From: Bacteroidota bacterium
Lineage (GTDB): Bacteria; Bacteroidota; Rhodothermia; Rhodothermales; UBA10348
Direction: 5' to 3'
DNA: 62,833 nucleotides
Assembly (NCBI GenBank): GCA_022571255.1
Contig: JACZYD010000003.1
Span: 1-62,833, forward strand
Shown here: positions 35,423 through 44,840 of the stretch, piece by piece
How the letters are laid out: the number at the start of each line of letters is the position of its first letter
How positions within the stretch are numbered: position 1 is the first letter of the stretch
The notes under the pieces: generated by a model
What the model was told of the DNA's origin: nothing
Seen by the model: the letters and a program-made list of their open reading frames with translations, nothing else
Database searches by the model: none
Made by a program: the position numbers and the translations under genes

Positions 35423-37231
35423 TTGATGAACAATTCCGAGCCGAAGGAAAATAAGGGGATCGATTCCCTCCTCTTGAAGAGGATTATTACGTACCTCGTG
35501 CCTTACAAAGCATGGGTTGCATTGGCATTCGTCTCTGTGATTACTGCTGCATTTCTGGGGCCGCTCCGGCCCAAAATTGTTCAGGTGATCATAGACCGCG
35601 AGATTGCGAATGGCGATATCGACGGTCTGCGACGGATGATCGTGTTTCTCATCATCATTCTGATGGCTGAGGGTCTGCTCTCTCTGGTGAATACGTATCT
35701 GACACAGTGGATTGGACAACGTGCCATTTACGACCTCCGGACGAAAGTGTACAGGCATATTCAGAATCAGTCACTTCGTTTTTTCGATCGGACACCAATA
35801 GGCAAGTTGATTACGCGTGTTACAAGCGATGTCGAATCCCTCAGTCAGATATTGTCTGCAGGAATCGTGATGATCATCGGCGATCTGTTCAGGCTGATTT
35901 TCATTTCTTATTTCATGTTCACGTTAAGCCCGGTACTGGCGGGCGTGACGCTGGGCGTGATGCCCCTGATGATTTATGCCACTTTCTGGTTCAAACGGAG
36001 GGTACGTGACCAATATCGCGAAACCAGAGAACAGGTGGGAAGGCTGAACTCGTTTCTTCAGGAGCATATTTCCGGAATGCGAATCGTTCAGATTTTCGGA
36101 CGGGAAAAGGAAGAGATGAAACGCTTTACGGCAATCAATGAGCTTCACCGAGCGGCACACATTCGGGCCATATTTTATTTCGCGTTATTCTGGCCCGCTA
36201 TCGATATAGTTGCCTCAATAGCGTTGGGTCTGGTAATGTGGTTCGGTGGGTTACAGGCGATGGCAGGGACCCTCACTCTCGGTATTTTGATCGCCTTTAT
36301 TCAGTTTGTCCGGCAGTTCTTTGAGCCGATCCGAAATCTGTCAGATCAATTCAACACGCTCCAGAGCGCCATGGCCGGGGCCGAGCGGATTTTCGACGTG
36401 CTTGATACGGATGCCGCCATAGATACGTCACTGGCCGTGCCGGGCACTGCCGAATTCGCCGGCCATATCGAGTTTCGGAATGTATGGTTCAGCTACGACG
36501 AAACTATAGAGGTAGAGGATGATGCAGCAGACTGGATATTGAGGGACGTAAGTTTTATTGTCCGGCCCGGTGAGTCACTTGCAATTGTTGGCGCCACCGG
36601 GGCTGGTAAGACGACCATTATCAGTCTTGTGCTCCGGTTCTATGATATTCAGCGGGGTGCAATTCTGATAGACGGCAAGGATATCCGGACAATTGAACTG
36701 GCACACCTTCGGGATCAGTTTGGACTTGTCTTGCAGGAGGTATTTCTCTTTTCAGGTTCGGTAGAAAAGAATATTACACTTGGTAATCCCAATATTACTC
36801 GCGAGCAGGTTGAGAAAGCGGTCAGGGCCATCGATGCAGAGTCGTTCATCAGCAATTTGAAAGGCGGATACGATTACGAGGTTCATGAACGGGGTATGTC
36901 CCTTTCTCACGGCCAGAGACAATTGCTGTCGTTTGCGCGTGCGCTGGTCTACGATCCCTGTATTCTCGTCCTGGATGAGGCAACCTCCAGTGTCGATACC
37001 GAGACGGAAGAGGTCATTCAGAAGGCACTCGAAACCCTGATGCTGGGTAGAACAACCGTTGTCATCGCGCATCGTTTATCCACAATTCAACACGCAAACC
37101 AGATTTTGGTAATGCACAAGGGAATTGTTCGCGAACGGGGATCGCACCAGCATCTGCTGCGCCAAGATGGTTTATACCGGCGTTTATACGAGTTGCAGTA
37201 TCGGGATCAGGAAGAGAGGATCGAGTCGTAG
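35423..37231 (+). CDS. ABC exporter, fused permease/ATPase (MdlB-like partner half transporter)
   Basis: Walker A GATGAGKTTI, signature LSHGQRQLLSFARAL, Walker B ILVLDEATSSVD. Adjacent to its paralogue, implying a heterodimer. Confidence 0.92.
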   Translation: MMNNSEPKENKGIDSLLLKRIITYLVPYKAWVALAFVSVITAAFLGPLRPKIVQVIIDREIANGDIDGLRRMIVFLIIILMAEGLLSLVNTYLTQWIGQRAIYDLRTKVYRHIQNQSLRFFDRTPIGKLITRVTSDVESLSQILSAGIVMIIGDLFRLIFISYFMFTLSPVLAGVTLGVMPLMIYATFWFKRRVRDQYRETREQVGRLNSFLQEHISGMRIVQIFGREKEEMKRFTAINELHRAAHIRAIFYFALFWPAIDIVASIALGLVMWFGGLQAMAGTLTLGILIAFIQFVRQFFEPIRNLSDQFNTLQSAMAGAERIFDVLDTDAAIDTSLAVPGTAEFAGHIEFRNVWFSYDETIEVEDDAADWILRDVSFIVRPGESLAIVGATGAGKTTIISLVLRFYDIQRGAILIDGKDIRTIELAHLRDQFGLVLQEVFLFSGSVEKNITLGNPNITREQVEKAVRAIDAESFISNLKGGYDYEVHERGMSLSHGQRQLLSFARALVYDPCILVLDEATSSVDTETEEVIQKALETLMLGRTTVVIAHRLSTIQHANQILVMHKGIVRERGSHQHLLRQDGLYRRLYELQYRDQEERIES

Positions 37232-37273
37232 GGAAGAAAATATTTCGCTGGAGTGGGAACGAGTATATTATCT

Positions 37274-37291
37274 TATCGTATAGCGACGATA
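37274..37291. promoter_or_regulatory. 6-6-6 inverted repeat TATCGT-atagcg-ACGATA upstream of arsR (candidate operator)
   Basis: Read directly. Lies in an AT-rich stretch ~115 nt upstream of the arsR ATG. ArsR/SmtB repressors bind imperfect inverted repeats near their own promoters. Confidence 0.3.
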
Positions 37292-37407
37292 TATATGTTA
37301 TTATCCTGCAACCAGTGCCTGTATACGCTAATGGAAGCGCCCTGTAGCTTCCTGAAAACATGCGAATCAAGGCGTTGAATCCCGTCCACGAACGGACGCA
37401 AAATATC

Positions 37408-37737
37408 ATGGCATTCCCGCGAAGCGACAAATTCGATCATGAACTGCTCTGCCTGGCTGACACAGCAAGAGCTCTGTCACATCCGGGTCGGCTCGCCATA
37501 CTTGCCTTGCTTGCGAGGCGGAACGAGTGCATCTGCGGAGACATCGTAGAGGAACTTCCATTGGCTCAGGCTACGGTCTCACAACATTTGAAAGTGTTGA
37601 AAGAGGCAGGACTCATCATTGGAACGATCGAAGGGCCGCGGATCTGTTATTGTGTTGATTGGAAGGCGTTCGAGAAGGCTGCCTCCGGTCTCGCGAACTG
37701 GTTTTCGGGTATTCAATCCCGCACATCTTGTTCTTGA
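37408..37737 (+). CDS. arsR: ArsR/SmtB-family metalloregulator
   Basis: [48 protein letters not shown] (winged HTH with ECICG metal-site cysteines). Confidence 0.88.
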   Translation: MAFPRSDKFDHELLCLADTARALSHPGRLAILALLARRNECICGDIVEELPLAQATVSQHLKVLKEAGLIIGTIEGPRICYCVDWKAFEKAASGLANWFSGIQSRTSCS

Positions 37738-37841
37738 ACAAAGCAGTGCTGATAAACGAAGCGGTGCTGTTGAACAGAGCGGTGGCGCTACATGAAGCGG
37801 CGCCGTTGAACAGAGCGGTGGCGATAAACAAAGCGGCGCTG
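37734..37841. repeat. tandem repeat, 18 nt x 6 (tRaacaRagcggYgc core) starting on the arsR stop codon
   Basis: Units at 37734, 37752, 37770, 37788, 37806 and 37824. They read [36 protein letters not shown] in the arsM frame. Confidence 0.9.
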
Positions 37842-37877
37842 TCAGATACAGGTGCACGGCGAAATATATTGCTCCAA

Positions 37878-38783
37878 ATGGACACACGTGGATCAAAAAA
37901 TAGGACAATGCTGATGAAAAGATCACAGTCTGAGCGCTGCTCCAAAGGATCGGCTACCATTTTCGACACAGATTCAAGCAGAACAAAGGAGATCGTAAAA
38001 GACACGTATCGACGTGCCGCTGAAAATGGCGGTCTCGGCGGCAGCGGTAATGGCAGCAGCGGTAGTGGCAGCAGCTTTTCGGATGATGAATCCAATTACA
38101 CCATGATGGACGAGTCCTACGAAATCAGAGTCGGATACGTACCGGATGCAGATCTTGGTCTGGGGTGTGGAATACCCACCGACCTGGCTGGGATTGAAGA
38201 AGGTCATCGTGTGCTCGATCTTGGATCCGGAGCCGGAATTGATGCCTTCATTGCGCGCGATCTGGCAGGAGAAAAAGGATTTGTAACAGGCGTCGATTTT
38301 ACGCCGAAAATGATTGCTCTGGCCCGGCGCAACGCAAAAAAGCTGGGATTCAATAATGTGACTTTTATAGACGGAGATATCGAAGCGCTTCCGATCCCGG
38401 ACGATTCTGTCGATGTCGTTGTGAGCAACTGCGTATTGAATCTCGTTCCAGACAAAGAAGCTGCTTTCCGTGAAATGGCTCGCGTTATAGCGCCCGGCGG
38501 TCATTTTTGTATCTCGGACATCGTATGCCGTGGGCATATTCCGGACGCAGTCAGACAAGCAGCAGAAAGGTATGCAGGATGCGTGGCGGGTGCGCTGGAC
38601 GAGAAGGACTATCTCAGGAAGCTGAAGGATGCAGGATTCGAAAATGTAACCGTTTTGAAGGAGCGCGAAATACAGATCCCGCTGTCCATATTGGAGGGAG
38701 TGCTCGGCTGCGCGACACGTTCAACCGCAGACGCGGGTGGGGCCATCGTAAGTATCACGGTGCGGGGTGATAAACCAGTCTGA
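37878..38783 (+). CDS. arsM: arsenite S-adenosylmethionine methyltransferase-like protein (start uncertain: 37878, 37908 or further upstream)
   Basis: SAM motif VLDLGSGAGIDAF, plus the three ArsM-type cysteine contexts LGLGCGIPT, SNCVLNLV and YAGCVAGA. Sits directly downstream of arsR. Confidence 0.8.
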   Translation: MDTRGSKNRTMLMKRSQSERCSKGSATIFDTDSSRTKEIVKDTYRRAAENGGLGGSGNGSSGSGSSFSDDESNYTMMDESYEIRVGYVPDADLGLGCGIPTDLAGIEEGHRVLDLGSGAGIDAFIARDLAGEKGFVTGVDFTPKMIALARRNAKKLGFNNVTFIDGDIEALPIPDDSVDVVVSNCVLNLVPDKEAAFREMARVIAPGGHFCISDIVCRGHIPDAVRQAAERYAGCVAGALDEKDYLRKLKDAGFENVTVLKEREIQIPLSILEGVLGCATRSTADAGGAIVSITVRGDKPV

Positions 38784-38809
38784 ACAGGTTCGAGAAGAGA
38801 CGACAGGCC

Positions 38810-39664
38810 TCAGGTCAACCACATGTCGAACGTTCGCCGATACGATCTGGTCAGGGGGTGACGGTTTCCGAGCAGCGTGAAAACTGCTACCCCGATCTTT
38901 CTGGACGCATCGTCTTCATAATATCGATTCGTTTTGATGACCTCCAGGAGGGCCATGACGACTTCCTCCAACCGATTATCGGACAAAGCGGTAAGGGCGC
39001 GAATAAAATCAGCACGGCCGGATTCATCAGCGAAGGGTTTTTCGCTCTGAATCCGGTTGCGATAGCCATCCAGTGTATGGATAGCCTCAGAAATCACTGC
39101 GAAGCGTGGTTCTGAGCTTGCCGCCGTACGAGCGAGAGACGCGGCACGTTGCGGATTCAAAAACGCCAGACACAGGGCAAGCAAGCCTGCAGCCAAAGGA
39201 TTTGTCGGTTCGTCGGCGACAATCTGTTCAAGGATTACCATTGCGGCGTTCTGATCTCCGCTTTCCAGGAATGCCTCAGCAGAAGACAGTAATTTTGATC
39301 CTTCTCCGGGAATCGCTGTATCCAGCCACTGACGCACTGCGGCTTCGGGCAGGGCACCCGTAAATTCATCCGTTACCTGAGCATCCACGAAGAGTTTTAC
39401 TGCGGGAATTCCACGGATGCCGTATTGTATCGACAGGTCCTGAAACTGCTCCGTGTTTACTTTTACCAGCGTCCAGCGCTCTGATTGCTCTAAAGCCAGT
39501 TTCTCCAGAACAGGTCCCAGCACACGACAAGGGCCGCACCACGGCGCCCAGAAATCAACCACTACGGGTCTTGATTTGCTCGCAATGAGAACATCTTCTT
39601 CAAAGTTTGTTACGTCGAAGCCCACAACGTCCGTACTTTTTGCGTTCGCATTAACCAGGTTCAT
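38810..39664 (-). CDS. thioredoxin-domain protein with C-terminal TPR-like domain (YbbN/CnoX-type)
   Basis: VVDFWAPWCGPCRVLGP active site followed by a ~170-aa helical repeat domain. Confidence 0.85.
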   Translation of the reverse strand: MNLVNANAKSTDVVGFDVTNFEEDVLIASKSRPVVVDFWAPWCGPCRVLGPVLEKLALEQSERWTLVKVNTEQFQDLSIQYGIRGIPAVKLFVDAQVTDEFTGALPEAAVRQWLDTAIPGEGSKLLSSAEAFLESGDQNAAMVILEQIVADEPTNPLAAGLLALCLAFLNPQRAASLARTAASSEPRFAVISEAIHTLDGYRNRIQSEKPFADESGRADFIRALTALSDNRLEEVVMALLEVIKTNRYYEDDASRKIGVAVFTLLGNRHPLTRSYRRTFDMWLT

Positions 39665-39704
39665 CGGATGGCTTGATAACTACAAAGGACAACTGAATTT
39701 GCCG

Positions 39705-40883
39705 ATGTTTTCGCATACCATACACCCCGCAGGAGGATTCGCATTCATCGCTTTTTTATGGATTATGAGCGGCCTGTTTGTTATCGGATGCGCGCCTCAG
39801 TCAGGAGCAGATTCGTCTGAAATAAATCCGATGATGCATGCACCATATGATCGCTCCACTGATGTATTTCGGTTCGAAGGCGAGGATCATATCCGGAACA
39901 TCAAACAACTCACTTTCGGGGGTAATAACGCAGAAGCGTACTGGAGTTTTGACAATGAATCCCTCATTTTCCAGAGTGATTGGAAGCGGATCAACCAGCA
40001 GGGCTGCGACCAGATTTTTGTAATGAATGGTTCTGACTCGACTCCATCCGGGGACGTCTCTGACTATACACTCGTATCGACTGGCCTGGGCCGCACCACC
40101 TGCCCATTTTTCATGCCGGGTGATGAAGAGATTATTTTTGCCTCGACACACGAGACTGCAACGGAGTGTCCCACTCCTGTCATGTTTTCGGATGACCGGT
40201 ATGTATGGCCTGTGTACGACGGATACGATATTTACATCAGCAATCGGGACGGATCTGATATTCGACCTCTGATCGCCGCTCCGGGATACGACGCCGAGGC
40301 GACGGTCTCGCCCGACGGTCGATTCATTGTTTTTACGTCAACGCGCAGCGGGGATCTCGAATTGTGGCGGTATGAAATCGAGACTGGAGATTTACTGCAA
40401 CTCACCGATGGCCTGGGATACGACGGCGGTGCCTTTTTCTCTCAAGACTCCCAGAGGCTTGTCTGGCGGGCCAGCCGGCCTGAAGGGGAAGAAGCAGAGG
40501 TGTATAAAGATCTTCTCACGCAGGGACTGATTGAACCATCGGAGCTGAATATATTTGTTGCAGATATCGACGGAAAAAACGTGCAGCAGGTTACCGACCT
40601 TCCCGGGGCAAACTGGGCTCCGTATTTTCACCCTGACAATGATCGGATATTATTCACCTCGAATCACCACTCGTTGGATCGTGGCGGTCGCGAATTTGAT
40701 CTGTTCCTCATCGGATCTGACGGTACCGGGCTGATACGAATTACCCACTCGGGTACATTCGATGGTTTTCCCATGTTTTCGTACGATGGATCAAAACTTG
40801 TGTTTGCATCCAATCGAAATGCAGATCGGAGTCCGTCGAGGGAGACCAACATATTTGTCGCAGATTGGGTCGAGAATCCTTAG
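39705..40883 (+). CDS. TolB-like PD40 beta-propeller lipoprotein
   Basis: ATG at 39705 gives a signal with lipobox (LFVIGC). Repeated blades follow: SPDGRFIVFTS, FSQDSQRLVW, FHPDNDRILFTS, FSYDGSKLVFAS. The upstream part of the ORF-track entry overlaps the thioredoxin gene. Confidence 0.8.
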   Translation: MFSHTIHPAGGFAFIAFLWIMSGLFVIGCAPQSGADSSEINPMMHAPYDRSTDVFRFEGEDHIRNIKQLTFGGNNAEAYWSFDNESLIFQSDWKRINQQGCDQIFVMNGSDSTPSGDVSDYTLVSTGLGRTTCPFFMPGDEEIIFASTHETATECPTPVMFSDDRYVWPVYDGYDIYISNRDGSDIRPLIAAPGYDAEATVSPDGRFIVFTSTRSGDLELWRYEIETGDLLQLTDGLGYDGGAFFSQDSQRLVWRASRPEGEEAEVYKDLLTQGLIEPSELNIFVADIDGKNVQQVTDLPGANWAPYFHPDNDRILFTSNHHSLDRGGREFDLFLIGSDGTGLIRITHSGTFDGFPMFSYDGSKLVFASNRNADRSPSRETNIFVADWVENP

Positions 40884-40996
40884 GTTCTGCCAACGATGAT
40901 GGAAGATGTCCTGCCGATGACTGTTTTTTGTCCGACAAGGGAGCTTCCATCGGCCTTAACAGGCCCTGGTACCCTCGCATCGGACTCGGACACGCC

Positions 40997-41806
40997 CTAA
41001 TACGTATTGGTTTCCACGACTTCGACCAGTGCCGCGTGGAAGGACTCCAGTATCTCGTCGAATTCGCCAAGGCGACGCTCTACACCAGCTATGTCGGCCT
41101 TAATGGAGCTTTGTTCGAATTCGGCGCACAGCAGAGACAGGTGACGGGCTCCGAATGTGGCACTGGTTGATTTCAGTGTGTGTGTGGCCCGACGCAGCGC
41201 ATCGGCGTCTTTGTCCGACACCGCCCGGTAAATTTCCCCGCGAAGGCGTTCCGCATCCAACAGGTAATCACTCAGCAGTTCTCGAATGTAGGCTGTGTCG
41301 CCTTCGTCCATCATCAGGGCCAGAGAACGCAGAACGCTTCGATCGACGACCTGATCAATTTCAACGGTCGAAGACGACGAATCGGATCCTGAGCAGTGGG
41401 ACATTAAAATTTTTTCTTTGAGCGTTTCCATCATGAACGCCTTTGTCATGAAGTAGTCCATGCCGGCATCCAGACAGCGCGAGCGATCTGAGCCCATGGC
41501 ATTGGCAGTCAAAGCGATAATATATGCTCGGTGTCCGTTGGATTCAGCGTTTCTTATAATGCCTGCAGCCTCGTAACCATCCATTCTCGGCATCATAAGA
41601 TCCATGAAAATCACGTCGTAGGGAGCGTTGCCTGTCAGAGCAACAGCTTCCTCGCCGTTTGAGGCTACGTCGGGCTGGTAACCCAGTTTTTGAAGCATTC
41701 GGACAACCACCTGCTGGTTTACCAGGTTGTCTTCTACAAGGAGAATTCTTAGTGTTGACATAAAACTCGGGTGTGGGCAAGCACTGTTTCTGCCCGATTC
41801 AGTCAT
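40997..41806 (-). CDS. response-regulator receiver domain fused to HPt phosphotransfer domain
   Basis: ILLVEDNLVNQQVV and DVIFMDLMMPRMDGYE receiver motifs, with a C-terminal HPt helix ATHTLKSTSATFGA. The alternative ATG is at 41761. Confidence 0.85.
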   Translation of the reverse strand: MTESGRNSACPHPSFMSTLRILLVEDNLVNQQVVVRMLQKLGYQPDVASNGEEAVALTGNAPYDVIFMDLMMPRMDGYEAAGIIRNAESNGHRAYIIALTANAMGSDRSRCLDAGMDYFMTKAFMMETLKEKILMSHCSGSDSSSSTVEIDQVVDRSVLRSLALMMDEGDTAYIRELLSDYLLDAERLRGEIYRAVSDKDADALRRATHTLKSTSATFGARHLSLLCAEFEQSSIKADIAGVERRLGEFDEILESFHAALVEVVETNTY

Positions 41807-41892
41807 TAATATATGAGACTGTATCGGCCGTTACGGAGCGAAATTGAAGTAAAAACCTTACTGTCTGTCAGATTTGCGTCCGCCAGAGACTG

Positions 41893-41946
41893 TCAGTCTC
41901 TACGGAGATATCAGTCTCTACGGAGATATCAGGCTCTACGGAGATA
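41893..41946. repeat. tandem repeat, 18 nt x 3 (tcagKctctacggagata) abutting the stop codon of the CcmF-like gene
   Basis: Units at 41893, 41911 and 41929. On the minus strand each reads YLRR(A/D)* in frame with the upstream CDS. Confidence 0.9.
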
Positions 41947-44433
41947 TCAGGGCGAGGACGTCGTGCGAAGATTTGCCGTTCGCTGGTCAGTGGCACGGCG
42001 ATAAATTGAGATACAAAACCCGATCGACAGAATGATGAAGCCGATCCAGACAAAACTGATGAGTGGTTTTTCGTACGCTTGGACAACGACCCAGTCCTGG
42101 GGTGTGATGTCGGCACCGGTAACAAAAATTTCGATTGATCCACTATCGACGTTCATGCCAGTGAAGGAGAAACTGAGATCCCAATCTCCAATTTCAGCCG
42201 GCTCGGCGCGAACGGTGCGGTTTTTGAGTATGCGATAGACAGGAGTGACTTCGCGAGACTCACCCGAATCGGTGTCGATGATTTCGAGAATCGCGCCTAC
42301 AACGACTTCGCTAGCATCGACTTCGCTAGCATCGACTCGGTGGCCGGGATCCGCTGTGGGGTCTATCGCCAGATCGTATTCCCTGAAAGTAATGGAATAC
42401 CGGCCATCTGAAAGAAGGCGAGATTCGCCCTGCTGAAGACTGAGCTCGCCCGGTTTGCGGTTTGAACCCTCATCGAAAATCGCTGCCGGCGTAACTGCCA
42501 CGAACAGGTCTTTGCTGATGAATCCAATCACGTCCGGATTCTGGATCCACTGACCTTTATTGCTTTTGTAGGCGACTGGTTTTGCGTCGAATGTCGATCC
42601 GTCCGGCGCGACGAACGAGAGAGCGTATGCAGGACGTCCTTCCGCTCCGATCGCATGGCCTGAATAGGTGACGGTGTATCCGCCGACTGTCCGTGGAATC
42701 CCATTTTCAAGCACAAAATTGTCGCGGGTTTGCCCGGTTCTTGAATCGGTGGACCGGGCCAATGGTTTACTGAAACCGCTTGACGCAACAATTCCGAGAA
42801 TCATGATGGCAAAACCTACGTGTGAAAGTGCACCACCGATCATTCGCAAATTACCCCGCGCGATGCGCCACATGACCAGAGAATTCCCGTAGAGTGCAAA
42901 AAAACCTACGAATGTCAACATCAGGAGCAGCAGGCCAAACCCATGTTCATCCCAGAAAGCACCAATTCCGAGCATGTCGGCCGCTTGCAGCAGGGGCGTG
43001 GCCGCAGCGTCTGCCATGGAAAGTGTTTGTGCCCGCTCTGTGAATGGTGTCGCGAACAGAATAAATATCGTGCTCGCGACCGCCAGGAAAATCGGTTTCA
43101 ACAAGACCTTATTGATGTTCTCGACCGTCATTTTATTCCACCAGAAAACTTGACCAAGCCCCGCGAGAAACAGGGCGACCACCATCAGAGGAAGGGTCCA
43201 TTTGTTATAGAACATCATGGGTACTGTCGAGGGCTGGTCTCTGAAAATCAGACCGAGAATGGGTGCGCTCGTTCCGACCAGTATGACGGCCGCCACTGCC
43301 GCCAGGATCATCGCTCCCGCGAATGTCATGAATTCGCGCGACAATAAGTTGGGTTCGTGCTCGGGAACAGGAAGTTCTTTGTACCTGACCAGAAAAAGGC
43401 CAAACCCGAGAACCGCCATCGTCAAAATCCAGACCAGTAACTGGTTGTACATTCCAAGATCAACGAATGCATGTACGGACGTTTCTCCGAGAATGCCGCT
43501 GCGCGTCAGAAAAGTAGAATAAATGACCAGCATATAAGCCAGAATCGCCAGGAAAAGGGATGCTTTCTGGCTGTGGCCGCTGCGCTTCTGTATCAGCATC
43601 GTGTGCAGACCGGCAATGCCGACGATCCATGGCACAAGAGAGGAGTTCTCAACGGGATCCCAGGCCCAGTATCCACCGAACGATAAAGTCTTATACGCCC
43701 AGTATCCGCCCATCATGATGCCGACTCCCAGGGCGAGAAGCCCGAAAATCATCCACGGAAGTGCCGGGCGGACCCACTGTGTGTATCGTTTCTTCCAGAG
43801 AGCAGTTACCGCGAAGGCAAACGGCACGATCATCGCCGCAAATCCCGAAAAGAGCACGGGAGGATGGATCACCATCCAGTAATTCTGCAGCAGATCATTC
43901 AGTCCCTGGCCATCCGTCGGGATTACCCCAGCCTGGATCATCGGAGCCGAGGGGAATTTTTCGACCAGAGTCTGAAACGGAGATATGCCGATAGTAAACA
44001 GTCCAACATCCAACCCCAGAATCATGGAAAGCAGGAAAACCTGACAGATTGCCATCACAGCCAGGACCGGCGCTTCGTAGGAACCCGCAAATCGGATCAC
44101 GAGCAGCCCGACCAGGCTGTTCATCACGATCCACAGTAGAAACGAGCCTTCCTGTCCGGCCCAGGAAGCGGAAATGAGATAATGAAACGGCAGATCCAGC
44201 GAAGAATGGCTGTACACGTAGGCGTACTGAAACTGATTCGTTGCATTGAGATAGATCAGGAGTCCGAACGCCGTTACACTCGACAAAAACATGGTAATCC
44301 ATGCCATTCTTCCCCATCGTTTGATCCTGGTCTGGACCAGACTGATTTCGGAATCACGGAAATAAAAGAGGCCGCTCGCAACAGTAGCCAGCAGCGCGAT
44401 GAGGATAACTCCTTTTCCGAGAACACCAATCAT
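41947..44433 (-). CDS. cytochrome c biogenesis haem lyase, CcmF/CcsA-family (WWD motif)
   Basis: GGYWAWDPVENSSLVPW tryptophan-rich motif, HPPVLFSGFAAMIVPFAFAV, ~15 TM helices and a large C-terminal periplasmic domain. ATG at 44433; the ORF-track start at 44472 is TTG. Confidence 0.85.
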   Translation of the reverse strand: MIGVLGKGVILIALLATVASGLFYFRDSEISLVQTRIKRWGRMAWITMFLSSVTAFGLLIYLNATNQFQYAYVYSHSSLDLPFHYLISASWAGQEGSFLLWIVMNSLVGLLVIRFAGSYEAPVLAVMAICQVFLLSMILGLDVGLFTIGISPFQTLVEKFPSAPMIQAGVIPTDGQGLNDLLQNYWMVIHPPVLFSGFAAMIVPFAFAVTALWKKRYTQWVRPALPWMIFGLLALGVGIMMGGYWAYKTLSFGGYWAWDPVENSSLVPWIVGIAGLHTMLIQKRSGHSQKASLFLAILAYMLVIYSTFLTRSGILGETSVHAFVDLGMYNQLLVWILTMAVLGFGLFLVRYKELPVPEHEPNLLSREFMTFAGAMILAAVAAVILVGTSAPILGLIFRDQPSTVPMMFYNKWTLPLMVVALFLAGLGQVFWWNKMTVENINKVLLKPIFLAVASTIFILFATPFTERAQTLSMADAAATPLLQAADMLGIGAFWDEHGFGLLLLMLTFVGFFALYGNSLVMWRIARGNLRMIGGALSHVGFAIMILGIVASSGFSKPLARSTDSRTGQTRDNFVLENGIPRTVGGYTVTYSGHAIGAEGRPAYALSFVAPDGSTFDAKPVAYKSNKGQWIQNPDVIGFISKDLFVAVTPAAIFDEGSNRKPGELSLQQGESRLLSDGRYSITFREYDLAIDPTADPGHRVDASEVDASEVVVGAILEIIDTDSGESREVTPVYRILKNRTVRAEPAEIGDWDLSFSFTGMNVDSGSIEIFVTGADITPQDWVVVQAYEKPLISFVWIGFIILSIGFCISIYRRATDQRTANLRTTSSP

Positions 44434-44738
44434 GATCAAAATCCTTGAAACACAAAAAAGCACGGCCAACAAAGGCGGCTATGAAGAACCTCTATAAACC
44501 ATAGTCAGGGTACCACTCATGTCCTTCCGATTTCCCCGGTTGACCCGCAAAGCGAGCCGGATTCGTTGCCGAATTGGGGCCTGTCGTCCAAACCTGAAGA
44601 ACGGTTCCCAGGGCCAAAAACGTTAGGTTCTTACTTTGGCGCCAGTTGCGGACTGTGCTTGAATGCATATATACGCCTCGATGTCCCACATTTCAAGCGA
44701 AAAAGGCGACAAGATCTGCAGATTTTTGAACGAACACG

Positions 44739-44840
44739 TCCGGAGAGCTTGAACCGGCGCGCCCGGAGAGCTTAAACCAGCGAGCCCGGAGGCTTGAACC
44801 AGCGCACCCGGAGAGCTTAAACCAGCGCGTCGGAGAGCTT
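44739..44840. repeat. tandem repeat, 22-24 nt x ~4.5 (ccggagagcttRaaccRgcg) spanning the zapA stop codon
   Basis: The minus strand reads gctctccgacgcgctggtttaa (last 7 codons of zapA plus TAA) followed by 3.5 further copies ending in CAA/TAA. Confidence 0.9.

Noticed and set aside
39453-39704. N-terminal 84 residues of the ORF-track entry for the TolB-like gene.
   Set aside because: It overlaps the thioredoxin gene on the opposite strand and is compositionally odd. A signal peptide with lipobox begins at the ATG at 39705.
44434-44816. Calling a 6S RNA (ssrS) gene downstream of zapA.
   Set aside because: Synteny is suggestive, but I could not find the long terminal closing helix or central bubble architecture by eye. 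Kept as a hypothesis in the findings, not as a feature.
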